Assembly (NCBI GenBank): GCA_045599645.1
Contig: JAZRWI010000080.1
Span: 15,735-79,734, forward strand
Length of the DNA: 64,000 nt
Reading direction: 5' to 3'
Source of the DNA: Candidatus Avigastranaerophilus sp.
GTDB taxonomy: Bacteria > Muiribacteriota > Ozemobacteria > Ozemobacterales > Ozemobacteraceae
The translations under genes and the position numbers were made by a program. The number at the start of each line of letters is the position of its first letter. The stretch's first letter is position 1. The notes beneath the pieces were generated by a model. It made no database searches. It was not told the origin of the DNA and saw only the letters and a list, made by a program, of their open reading frames with translations. Shown here in pieces: positions 1 to 8,733 of the stretch.

Positions 1-30
1 TACAAGTAGTACCTTAGATAATTTTTTCTA

Positions 31-110
31 GAAGTGGGGAAGTGGAGAAGTGGGGAAGTGAGGAAGTGAGGAAGTGAGGAAGTGAGGAAGTGAGGAAGTG
101 AGGAAGTGGT
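31..110. repeat. Tandem octanucleotide repeat GAAGTGRG x10 (GAAGTGGG/GAAGTGGA/GAAGTGAG variants), ~120 bp upstream of lspA
   Basis: Read directly: ten contiguous 8-bp units at 31-110. The unit length is not a multiple of 3 and the tract is intergenic. Confidence 0.9.
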
Positions 111-231
111 TTTAGGCTTATAGCTAGTATTGAAGAAGGATAAAAACTTTTTATGAAAAAATACTTATTTTTCGTTTAAGAATTTTAGACAATTGCCGAA
201 TAGGGTCTAAGCTTCGCGTTGTTATGCAAAA

Positions 232-867
232 ATGACGCAAATTCAACTTCTAGGGATTTTAAACCAAATGAAGAAAGCATTGACCTGGTTATCTACTTTG
301 ATGAAAACCACATTCTACACGATTGCGGTTTATCCTGTGTTTGTCTTGAAGAACATTGGCTATCACTTGCGTTCTCCTTCAGTATTATTGTATGCAGCCA
401 TTTTCTTCTTCATAGACAGAATCACAAAGCTTATGATTGTAAATCACTCTCATGAGCTCCCCGTTAAGATTATTAAGGATTTCTTTACTATTACATATGT
501 CAAGAATCCTGGAGTAGCTTTCGGCTGGTTCCCAGACTGGAGACTGCCACCTATCCTGATGGCTCTCACAATGATCCTTATCATTACGTATTACAGTCTG
601 AAGCTTCCGGAAGAAGAAAGAATCACTAGATGGGCCTTAGCCTTACTTGTTGGTGGAGCTGTTGGTAATCTTTACGACAGAGTAGTCTATGGATTCGTAG
701 TAGACTTCTTCCTGTTCCGTTTCGGGACTTACGATTTCCCAGTATTCAACATTGCCGACATCATCATTGACTTAGGCGTGTTCATGTTATTCATTGATAT
801 ATTCTTCCTGTCACCAGACGATGACGATGAAGAAGAAGTTATCAGTGACGCAACAGCAGTAGCATAA
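232..867 (+). CDS. lspA: Lipoprotein signal peptidase (signal peptidase II), with acidic C-terminal tail (DDDDEEE)
   Basis: Multi-TM protein with LspA-type motifs (YVKNPGVAFG, GNLYDR, FPVFNIAD). It is followed by lgt genes, and lspA...rluD synteny is preserved. Confidence 0.85.
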   Translation: MTQIQLLGILNQMKKALTWLSTLMKTTFYTIAVYPVFVLKNIGYHLRSPSVLLYAAIFFFIDRITKLMIVNHSHELPVKIIKDFFTITYVKNPGVAFGWFPDWRLPPILMALTMILIITYYSLKLPEEERITRWALALLVGGAVGNLYDRVVYGFVVDFFLFRFGTYDFPVFNIADIIIDLGVFMLFIDIFFLSPDDDDEEEVISDATAVA

Positions 868-870
868 TTA

Positions 871-1656
871 ATGTATCCGGTTCTACTTTCAACCCCGTGG
901 TTTAATATATATAGCTATGGTTTCATGGTCGCCGTAGGTTATACGGTGGCTATGGTCCTGGCGATTTATCAAGCAAAAAGAAATGGCCTCGACACCGGGG
1001 CCATTTTTGACTTGATGCTTTTACAGCTTGTAGTAGGCATAATTGGTTCAAGACTTTTATTTGTTTTGGAATATGTTCCAGAAAAGTTATTGACCAAAGA
1101 CCTTCTTGCTTTTGAACAGGGCGGAATGACATTTTACGGCTCTGTTATTACAGGCTTCATATTTGATTTAATCTATTTAAAATTCAAACAGCTTCCATTC
1201 TGGAAGATAATGGACTGCATCGGCTTCGGAATGGGTCCTGGAATTGCAGTTGCCAGAATAGGCTGCTTCCTGAATGGCTGTTGCTATGGTAAAGCCTGTT
1301 CTGAAGCAATAGGCTTTCAATTTCACATTGCAGGTCCTGGCTATTTTCACGCCACACAGCTTTATGAAAGTTTTTTGTGCATAATAGCCTTTTTTATAGT
1401 ATTAAAGCTAAAAAAGCTTCAGACCCATCATGGACAGATCTTCCTTGGTTTTATCAGCATTTATGGCTTTTTCAGATTTTTTATCGAGTTCCTCAGAGCC
1501 GAAAACCCTGTATTCTTACTTGGAATGACTCTCTCACAGGTCTTAGGCATAGTATTCATCTCGGCAGCCGTTTTTACCTGGAAAAAGATTGTTAAAAATC
1601 AAGCTTTGCAAATTATGCCAGAAACCCAAGCAAAGGACCTCACAAACCTAAAATGA
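871..1656 (+). CDS. lgt: Prolipoprotein diacylglyceryl transferase (copy 1)
   Basis: Lgt-like polytopic membrane protein with GIAVARIGCFLNGCCYG and FFRFFIEFLRAENP motifs. Its end overlaps the next ORF start by 4 nt. Confidence 0.8.
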   Translation: MYPVLLSTPWFNIYSYGFMVAVGYTVAMVLAIYQAKRNGLDTGAIFDLMLLQLVVGIIGSRLLFVLEYVPEKLLTKDLLAFEQGGMTFYGSVITGFIFDLIYLKFKQLPFWKIMDCIGFGMGPGIAVARIGCFLNGCCYGKACSEAIGFQFHIAGPGYFHATQLYESFLCIIAFFIVLKLKKLQTHHGQIFLGFISIYGFFRFFIEFLRAENPVFLLGMTLSQVLGIVFISAAVFTWKKIVKNQALQIMPETQAKDLTNLK

Positions 1657-2441
1657 GCTCTCTTATCGGCATAGAATTACCTTTTTATACTTATGGCATT
1701 CTTATGGGAATAGCCTTTATTCTTGGAATATGGCTATTCAAATTCAATTCCAGAAATTCTTCTCTGCCTCGCCCACCCTTCATTGATTTAATATTAGTAT
1801 TATCTATATGTGGTGTTGCTGGAGCAAGAATTAACTATATTCTGCTTTTTCCCCAGTATTATCATAGCCTCAGGGATTGTCTCGCCCTACATGAAGGTGG
1901 TCTTGTATTTTACGGCGGTCTGATATTAGCAATTATTGGACTTCTTGTATATTGCAAGCTTAAGCATTATTCATTTGCCATGGTAGCAGACTATATGATT
2001 CCATCACTGGCCTTAGGGCACGCCATGGGACGCGTAGGCTGTCTTATAAACGATTGCTGCTATGGCGCTGTAACTGAAGCCATTAAAATATATCATCTAA
2101 AAAGAGACCCGGTAGGTGTTTTCAGGCACCCTACCCAATTATATGAAATAACATATCTAATTATATTAGCAATAATATTTACATTCATTCTGCGCAGCAA
2201 CTGGCAGGAAAAACCAGGCAACAGAGGCTGTGTTACTGCCAGTTATTTAATTTCCTATGCAATATTAAGATTTGGAAATGAATTTCTGAGAGCTGATTCA
2301 AGAGGTGGCTTCTTTACAATACTTCAACTGTCACCTGCTCAGATTACTTCACTTATACTATTAATATGTGGTATTTTATGGATAATAAATATAAAAAGAA
2401 AGAATCACAACGTTGATTGCGGAGAAATAAACAATGGATAA
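1653..2441 (+). CDS. lgt: Prolipoprotein diacylglyceryl transferase (divergent tandem paralog, copy 2)
   Basis: Carries GRVGCLINDCCYG and the Lgt signature-like GNEFLRADSRGG. The start overlaps copy 1 (ATGA) and the end overlaps rluD. Confidence 0.75.
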   Translation: MSSLIGIELPFYTYGILMGIAFILGIWLFKFNSRNSSLPRPPFIDLILVLSICGVAGARINYILLFPQYYHSLRDCLALHEGGLVFYGGLILAIIGLLVYCKLKHYSFAMVADYMIPSLALGHAMGRVGCLINDCCYGAVTEAIKIYHLKRDPVGVFRHPTQLYEITYLIILAIIFTFILRSNWQEKPGNRGCVTASYLISYAILRFGNEFLRADSRGGFFTILQLSPAQITSLILLICGILWIINIKRKNHNVDCGEINNG

Positions 2442-3360
2442 CATAGAAAACTGGATTGTAGAAGAAGATTATGCTGGTTTACGTTTAGATCAGGCAATCA
2501 ACAGAAAGTTCCCTGATATTTCAAGAACCGTTGCCCAGGATATGGTTAAAAACGGTGAAATTAAAGTCGCTGGCTCTACAGTAAAGCCTGGCTTGAAATT
2601 AAAAACAGGTGATTCGGTAGAAATAGTCATGAGAAGCGACGAACTGAGCACTGAAATTCAGCCTACAGAAATGAATTTTCCTATTCTTTATGAAGACGAC
2701 GACATCATTGTTATCAATAAGCCCTTTGGTCTTGTTGTTCATCCTGGTGCCGGGAATGAAAAGGAAACCGTTGTTTCTGCTGTTTTAAGCCATACTACTC
2801 TCAGCCCAATCGGTGCACCGGACAGACCCGGTGTTGTTCATCGTCTGGACAAGGAAACAAGCGGTATTATGGTTCTTGCCAAAAACAAGGAAGCCCATAA
2901 GAATCTTGCAGACCAGTTTGCCAGCCACGATTTGGAAAAGGAATACCTTGCAATTATCCAAGGCCATATAGTCAATAAAAAGGGACGTGTTCAGGTTGCT
3001 ATCGAACGTGACCCGAACCAGCGACAGCGCATGAAAGCAACTTCTGAAGATAATGGCAAAATGGCCATTTCTATTTTTGAAGTTGTTGAATATCTTAAAA
3101 ATGCAACCTTAGTAAGAGTAAAGATTTTAACCGGTAGAACTCACCAGATTAGAGTCCACATGTCATTTACAGGCCATCCTCTCATGGGTGACACAACCTA
3201 TGGAGGTTGCAAATTTGGTAAGGATGAGCATTTCCTGCATAGTGCGAAACTTGCATTCAAGCATCCTATCACTGGTAAGAACATGACATTCGAAGCAGAA
3301 ATACCACCTCGCTTCAAGGAAGTTCTAGAAGAATTAAGAGACGGAGCCTCAAAAAAATAA
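2434..3360 (+). CDS. rluD: RluA-family 23S rRNA pseudouridine synthase (RluD-like) with N-terminal S4 domain
   Basis: Motifs HRLDKETSGIMVLAKN (catalytic Asp) and GRTHQIRVHM. It sits downstream of lspA as in Firmicute lspA-rluD synteny. Confidence 0.85.
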   Translation: MDNIENWIVEEDYAGLRLDQAINRKFPDISRTVAQDMVKNGEIKVAGSTVKPGLKLKTGDSVEIVMRSDELSTEIQPTEMNFPILYEDDDIIVINKPFGLVVHPGAGNEKETVVSAVLSHTTLSPIGAPDRPGVVHRLDKETSGIMVLAKNKEAHKNLADQFASHDLEKEYLAIIQGHIVNKKGRVQVAIERDPNQRQRMKATSEDNGKMAISIFEVVEYLKNATLVRVKILTGRTHQIRVHMSFTGHPLMGDTTYGGCKFGKDEHFLHSAKLAFKHPITGKNMTFEAEIPPRFKEVLEELRDGASKK

Positions 3361-3722
3361 TGAATAATTCAGCTTCTTATAGCACACGTCACGGCGGTCT
3401 TGGACTTTACGCCATATTCCTTATTATAGTAGGTCTTGGTCTGGCACTGTTTGTTTTCATGCCGGAATACAATGAAGTCCAAAATGGTATCTACAACGTT
3501 TCCTGCGAAGACATCAGAGCCAAGATTCAAAGTGCAGTTGATGATTACAATGTCAACAACAGCAAGTCCTATGGCAAACCCAATCTTGTTGTGGACTTAG
3601 ATACACTTAAAGAAAAGGGTTACCTGAGAGAAATAAAGCTTTGCCCGCAAAAGGGTGTTTATATGTTTGATAAAAACAATAAAGTAATTTGTTCAATACA
3701 TACGAAAGGCCAAACCAAATGA
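3360..3722 (+). CDS. Small membrane-anchored hypothetical protein (one N-terminal TM helix)
   Basis: ORF beginning at the rluD stop. It has an N-terminal hydrophobic helix and no recognisable motif, and it is not a type IV prepilin (no G-F-x-x-x-E). Confidence 0.4.
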   Translation: MNNSASYSTRHGGLGLYAIFLIIVGLGLALFVFMPEYNEVQNGIYNVSCEDIRAKIQSAVDDYNVNNSKSYGKPNLVVDLDTLKEKGYLREIKLCPQKGVYMFDKNNKVICSIHTKGQTK

Positions 3723-4399
3723 CAAAATATAAAAGACACACCTACTTAATCAAAACAGGTCTTCAATTAAGATATATGGGCATTCTAGTAGTATGCATGC
3801 TCACTGTTGCTTTTGGCGTCGGTTGGATAATTTACCATACAACCTGGAGCCAGATTGCTCTTACACCTGATTTGAGCCTTGATAAACTTTACCTTATTTT
3901 TGAAGACGTAAATCATCAGCTTGTTTGGTGGGTTTTGGCCTTTATAGTTATTATTGGCTTTATTTCAGTATTTGTTTCACATAAAATTGCCGGTCCTGTT
4001 TATCGTCTTGAAGAAACAACAAAGCTTATTGCTGCAGGCGATTTAACTCATAAGGTCCATTTAAGACATGGCGACGAATTAGGCGATCTTCAAGATGCCT
4101 TTAACTCAATGTCTGATTCTCTTTGCAATATGGTCAAAAAAGACCGTGAAGTAATTGATAGACTTGGTAGGACAGGTGACTCGCTTCGTAAAAAAATAGA
4201 TTCCAAGAATCTAGATCAGGAAACCATGGAAGAAGTTGCTTACGAATTGAATGCTATTATTGAAGAATTAAAGCTTGTTACAAGCAACTTCAAGCTGCCT
4301 GAAAATCAATCTGCTTCCAATACCCCACAGATAAGTCAGGATTCATTAACAGAAGAAGATTCGCCAGTAGACCAAGATTCTCCAACAGAAGAAAATTGA
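3719..4399 (+). CDS. Membrane protein with two TM helices and a HAMP domain, acidic Ser/Asp/Glu-rich C-terminal tail
   Basis: HAMP-like segment IAGPVYRLEETTKLIAAGDL...GDELGDLQDAFNSM follows TM2. I moved the start to the ATG at 3719 (MTKYKRH), which overlaps the upstream TGA as ATGA; the ORF track listed 3689. Confidence 0.5.
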   Translation: MTKYKRHTYLIKTGLQLRYMGILVVCMLTVAFGVGWIIYHTTWSQIALTPDLSLDKLYLIFEDVNHQLVWWVLAFIVIIGFISVFVSHKIAGPVYRLEETTKLIAAGDLTHKVHLRHGDELGDLQDAFNSMSDSLCNMVKKDREVIDRLGRTGDSLRKKIDSKNLDQETMEEVAYELNAIIEELKLVTSNFKLPENQSASNTPQISQDSLTEEDSPVDQDSPTEEN

Positions 4400-4440
4400 T
4401 TTTACTAATTTTCATAGGAAATTGTGCCGATTAAATTGGT

Positions 4441-5268
4441 ATGAAAATCAAGAAACGTCACAATTATGCCATAACGGCCTGCTTATTTTTTGCAGCATTA
4501 ATCATATTTCTAACAGGTATGACCGTTAGAAAAAATCCTGAGCGCCGAAATCAGGATACAGCCGCCAAAGGTCGCCCTGTCTACGAAGAAATGTTCCGAG
4601 ATGGTAGACTTCGCATTGCTGTATTCTGGGGCTGGGACCACCCAAGAGATACTATAATGAATTCTTTCCCTGCCTTTGAAACCTTAAACGGGAAACGCTT
4701 ATATTATCAGGGAAGACCAGTGCAGATTGAAATTGGCATGATTACCCAAGTAAATAATAATCCAAAGGCTGTATTTAAAAGAGCTTTGGAAGATCCGAGC
4801 ATAGACATGATTATTTATTCAGGTCATGGTCGTTATGGTCGTGGCATGGCTTTTACAGACATGGAAGACATTTTCCATTGCGGAAACGGTGACGTTGTTG
4901 AAGACAGGCATGTTAAACCATACCGTAACATAAAAGCCACTTCTGAAGATTTAGATTCTACACGTTTTCCACAGACCTATAAGATTATCATGCTGAATAC
5001 CTGTGATTCTAATGGTCATTTCAGAGAAATCTGGACAAGACGCTTCCAGATGTGCAATTCACCAGTAGATCTTTTAACAGTTGAATACCCTGTTTTCAAC
5101 TATTACGATAATGTCCGTGTTTTAAATCTTATTCAAGATATTCTAAGCTTTGCAGACTGGAAAACAATAAAAAAACATTACGATTCAGAGGTGCATAAAC
5201 GCCAAAATAGGCTTATAATAGAACCAATATATGTGCCGGAAAGTAATAAATTTGCCAGCACCTATTGA
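4441..5268 (+). CDS. Membrane-anchored clan CD (caspase/clostripain/legumain-like) cysteine peptidase-like protein
   Basis: Two hydrophobic beta-strand blocks each end in a candidate catalytic residue: IDMIIYSGHG (His) and YKIIMLNTCDSNG (Cys), about 60 aa apart as in C14/C11/C13 peptidases. There is an N-terminal signal-anchor. Confidence 0.4.
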   Translation: MKIKKRHNYAITACLFFAALIIFLTGMTVRKNPERRNQDTAAKGRPVYEEMFRDGRLRIAVFWGWDHPRDTIMNSFPAFETLNGKRLYYQGRPVQIEIGMITQVNNNPKAVFKRALEDPSIDMIIYSGHGRYGRGMAFTDMEDIFHCGNGDVVEDRHVKPYRNIKATSEDLDSTRFPQTYKIIMLNTCDSNGHFREIWTRRFQMCNSPVDLLTVEYPVFNYYDNVRVLNLIQDILSFADWKTIKKHYDSEVHKRQNRLIIEPIYVPESNKFASTY

Positions 5269-5293
5269 TTTATTTAGACGAGGTGACTAGTTT

Positions 5294-5980
5294 ATGGGTA
5301 GAGAAACAAAGCTAACAGGTCTCGAAATTCCCTTGATTCTTGCAGTTATATCACTTTTCTGCTGGAATTCCCCTATTTTATTACCCGCAAAGCTCCTGAC
5401 CGTATTCTTCCATGAACTTTCGCATGGTCTGGCAGCAATTTTAACAGGCGGTCATATTTTAAGAATCACATTAAACATGCAGCAAGGCGGTCTCTGTTAT
5501 TCTACCGGCGGTTGGTTTTTAGTAACAGCGACAGCAGGTTATCTTGGAAGTCTTTTATGGGGTTCCGGCATTCTGCTTGCTTCCTTGAAAAAAGGAATCA
5601 GCCGTGGCTTAACCGAAGGCATAGGTGCTTTGCTTCTTATCACCGCTGCACTCTGGATTAGAGATTTTCAGGCACTGGCCATTACCATAACAACAGCTAT
5701 TGCTCTTATATATATAGCCTCTAAGCTTAAAGAAGTATATTGCGATATTTTCTTAAAGTATATAAGTCTGATTTCTTGCTTCTACGTTATTTTTGATATT
5801 AAAGACGACTTGTTAGACAGAAGCATACCTGCTTCTGATGCTTATCAGATTTCTTCACGCATATTTCCAAGTTTCATGACAGGTTTTGGCAGCTACATTA
5901 TTGGTCTATTATGGATGGCAGTTGCTATATATGTATTGTATAAAGTATTTAATTATGCTCTTAACCCCAACAGAAAGTAA
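5294..5980 (+). CDS. Polytopic membrane protein with intramembrane HExxH (Peptidase_M50B-like zinc metalloprotease)
   Basis: HELSHGLAAILTGGH lies within a predicted TM helix. Size (228 aa) and topology fit the M50B-like family. Confidence 0.45.
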   Translation: MGRETKLTGLEIPLILAVISLFCWNSPILLPAKLLTVFFHELSHGLAAILTGGHILRITLNMQQGGLCYSTGGWFLVTATAGYLGSLLWGSGILLASLKKGISRGLTEGIGALLLITAALWIRDFQALAITITTAIALIYIASKLKEVYCDIFLKYISLISCFYVIFDIKDDLLDRSIPASDAYQISSRIFPSFMTGFGSYIIGLLWMAVAIYVLYKVFNYALNPNRK

Positions 5981-5999
5981 TAATGAATAGGAAGCTTAT

Positions 6000-7619
6000 A
6001 TGGCGCTTAATTTCGAACAACTTCAAAAAATCTGGGATCTTCACAAAAGTCTTGATGACTTACTTGAAAGTCTTCAATTCGACCACAAGGATTTAAAAAC
6101 AGCATATGAAGATGTATATAAATTCCTTGAAAAAAAGATAGGTATATCTGCATTATTCATTGAAACAAAGAATGAAAAGCTCATTAATACCGTTTTTACC
6201 TATGGTGCCTGTAATGAAGATTTAAAGGTCAGAGCTCCCCAGCTTTCTGAAGTAAACGAAATAGTAAGCTTTACTACTCCTGGTGGTCTTTGGTTTGCCC
6301 AGCCTATCGATGTTGACAATCATATTATCGGGACTATTGCCATAGGCTTAAAGCTTAACCTGAGGGGTTCAGTATTACCAAGCACAGAATATTTCGCAGA
6401 AGTTCTCAATACCATAAGCGAACTTATAGATAGCTACACATACGCTATTCACTGCACAAGCATCAAGCACAGCATGATTATGGGTCTTCAGGAAGCTCTT
6501 GCAGATCAGGATATAATCTCATCTCTTGACAAAGCTACTCAGATACTTTTCCAGTCTTTAAAATTCAAGCATATGATGATTGTTTACACAGATCGTGAAA
6601 TAATCACTGAAAGCAAGAATATTAAATACGTATATTTCGAAGGAAATAAGCACCTATACGACAATATTGACAATCCATGGTCCATACTGGATAAGAAAGC
6701 CCGTAACCACAGCAATTTCCTGCAAATCACCCCAGATGAGTTGTGCAAACTGCTGGAATTAAAAAATTGCACTGTCACTTATCTTACAAAGGGCATGGAT
6801 GAAAACGATTCTATTGGTTTTATTGCAACAGAAGTCGGCGAAGGCGAAAAACTTTCAATCCTTTCACAGGACTTGCTTCAGATATTCTCTGAAGAATTGA
6901 GACAACGCCTCATAGACCTGAACCGCGAAAAAAATATTCTTCGCAAATACTTCCCTAACCCGGTAATTAATCAGTTAATCACAACCAGTAACTACGAAGA
7001 ACGCTATTTAAAAACCAGAGATGCAGAAATAGGTATTATTTTTGCCGATATTTCTGGCTTCACCAAAATGAGTGAACAGATTCTTAAATCTCCTGAAAGA
7101 ATCACAAACTTTGTCAACAAATGGGCTAAGGGTGTTGTTACAAGAGTATTCCCATTAGGCGCTACTCTCGACAAGCTTATCGGTGACTGTGCTATGTTCC
7201 TGTTTGGACCGCCATTCTATGAAACAAGCCCGGATGTATTAATAAAGCACATGCTGCAGGCATCCCAGCAAATTGTCAATTACACAAAGAACTACTTGAG
7301 ATTGCCAGAAAACGCTGATATCAGACGTCATCCTGATTTTGAAAAATTCGGTGTTTCTATCGGTGTAAACTACTGTCACTGCATCGTAGGTCTTATCGGA
7401 CCTAATCAGGATCTTACAGCCTTCAGTTCAGGCGTTAATATTACAGCCAGACTTCAAGGCCTCGCTGGAACAAACGAAATTTTTGTAACAGAAGCTGTTA
7501 AAGATATTGCAACACAACATTCCAAATCCTGGAAATTCTCAGACAAACAGACTGCTTCAGTAAAGAACGTTGAAAAGCCGGTAGCATACTATAAGCTATT
7601 GTCTGGCCGCCAGGAATGA
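6000..7619 (+). CDS. GAF-domain-containing class III adenylate cyclase
   Basis: The C-terminal cyclase core has metal-binding Asp motifs (IIFADISGFT, DKLIGDCAMFLFG) and TARLQG. Lys in K-L-I-G-D suggests adenine specificity. The N-terminal ~330 aa look GAF-like. Confidence 0.75.
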   Translation: MALNFEQLQKIWDLHKSLDDLLESLQFDHKDLKTAYEDVYKFLEKKIGISALFIETKNEKLINTVFTYGACNEDLKVRAPQLSEVNEIVSFTTPGGLWFAQPIDVDNHIIGTIAIGLKLNLRGSVLPSTEYFAEVLNTISELIDSYTYAIHCTSIKHSMIMGLQEALADQDIISSLDKATQILFQSLKFKHMMIVYTDREIITESKNIKYVYFEGNKHLYDNIDNPWSILDKKARNHSNFLQITPDELCKLLELKNCTVTYLTKGMDENDSIGFIATEVGEGEKLSILSQDLLQIFSEELRQRLIDLNREKNILRKYFPNPVINQLITTSNYEERYLKTRDAEIGIIFADISGFTKMSEQILKSPERITNFVNKWAKGVVTRVFPLGATLDKLIGDCAMFLFGPPFYETSPDVLIKHMLQASQQIVNYTKNYLRLPENADIRRHPDFEKFGVSIGVNYCHCIVGLIGPNQDLTAFSSGVNITARLQGLAGTNEIFVTEAVKDIATQHSKSWKFSDKQTASVKNVEKPVAYYKLLSGRQE

Positions 7620-7915
7620 TTATTATAGCAACAAAACCAGCCACAGAAATATCAAAGAACCCTGACGGCTGGGTTGTTTATATTTTAGAATGCTGTGATG
7701 GTTCTTTATATACTGGTATTACCAACAACCTGGACAACAGGATAAAAACCCATAACAGCGGCAAAGGTGCTAAGTTCACAAGAGCGCGACGTCCTGTGGT
7801 ATTACGTTATTTTGAAAACGTTGAAAGCAAAAGTGCTGCTCTTAAGCGGGAAATAGCTATAAAAAAGCTATCCCGCACCCAAAAACTGGAGCTTATTCAG
7901 CGACGATCCTTGTAG
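7616..7915 (+). CDS. GIY-YIG nuclease-family small protein (UPF0213/YhbQ-like)
   Basis: GWVVYILECCDGSLYTGITNNLDNRIKTHNSGKGAKFTRARRP is the GIY-YIG motif. The start overlaps the cyclase stop by 4 nt. Confidence 0.75.
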   Translation: MIIIATKPATEISKNPDGWVVYILECCDGSLYTGITNNLDNRIKTHNSGKGAKFTRARRPVVLRYFENVESKSAALKREIAIKKLSRTQKLELIQRRSL

Positions 7916-8724
7916 AAATCAGGCTCGAAATATTCATACCATTCTTCCTTCTGATTGGAAAGACCTACTCTCCAAGCTGTTAGAGGACCTAATTCAAGCT
8001 GTTCAAAATCTCTATAGGTTTCGCGCATAATATCATTAGGAAAATGCTTTTTAGCAAATTCAGCCTGAGTTTTATTGTGATCTGCTGCCAGATACAAATC
8101 CCAGGCACCAAAAATATGAAGTATTTCGTGAGCAATATTCTGCGGTGTGAAATCTTCGTATTTTCCATCTTTATACTTGGTGTATAAAATAGCCCAATCA
8201 AGGAATTTACCTTTATCTGCGCCATAATAGCATGGCTGAGAATAACCGGAACCATTTTTGTTCGCCAGGAATATCACAATAAAATTCTGGCAATCAGGAT
8301 TATCAAGCTTTGCCTTTTCTTCGTATGCATACATGTTTTTGTAGCCTAAGGCATTAAAAATCTTTATTCCAACCTGAAAATGCTCGCTATCAGAGCCTGT
8401 TCCGTCATGAATATTATCAATAATTATATCTTCATCTAAGCCTACGAAGCTGTTTTTAAACTCAATTTTATCCGCTTCATATTTATGAGCCTGCTTTTGA
8501 AGCCAATTTTCAGCCATTTCAAGATTAGGAATATACTTCTTCTTATCAGCAGCGTCCCATTTGCTTTCAGATACAAATACTGTCAGGATATGGGTTTTGC
8601 CGGTCAGGGTCTTAGCCATTCCTGTATTTGCTTCTTCATAAAAGCAAGGCTCTGAGAAGCAGATATTTGAATCAAAGGCCATAAAGCAGGCTAAGACCAA
8701 CAAAAAACAATTGATTTTTCCCAT
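7897..8724 (-). CDS. Secreted putative zinc metallopeptidase (HExxH)
   Basis: N-terminal signal peptide and an HEILHIFGAWDLY motif near the C-terminus. The family is not identifiable by eye. Confidence 0.4.
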   Translation of the reverse strand: MGKINCFLLVLACFMAFDSNICFSEPCFYEEANTGMAKTLTGKTHILTVFVSESKWDAADKKKYIPNLEMAENWLQKQAHKYEADKIEFKNSFVGLDEDIIIDNIHDGTGSDSEHFQVGIKIFNALGYKNMYAYEEKAKLDNPDCQNFIVIFLANKNGSGYSQPCYYGADKGKFLDWAILYTKYKDGKYEDFTPQNIAHEILHIFGAWDLYLAADHNKTQAEFAKKHFPNDIMRETYRDFEQLELGPLTAWRVGLSNQKEEWYEYFEPDFYKDRR

Positions 8725-8733
8725 ATATTATCT

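Noticed and set aside
219-455. 78-aa + ORF overlapping the lspA 5' region in another frame
   Set aside because: The alternative frame of lspA gives the conserved membrane protein. This one has no features.
3360-3722. Type IV prepilin/pseudopilin
   Set aside because: The N-terminus lacks the G-F/M-x-x-x-E cleavage/methylation motif. There is only a generic hydrophobic anchor.
6000-7915. Cyclase + adjacent TM protein + GIY-YIG as a Pycsar/CBASS-type anti-phage signalling system
   Set aside because: The cyclase carries tandem GAF regulatory domains and an adenine-type Lys (K-x-I-G-D), which looks like a conventional sensory adenylate cyclase. The neighbouring TM protein has a protease HExxH rather than a known cNMP-binding effector domain. 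The GIY-YIG gene is the common small stand-alone YhbQ-like type. It is kept only as a low-probability note.
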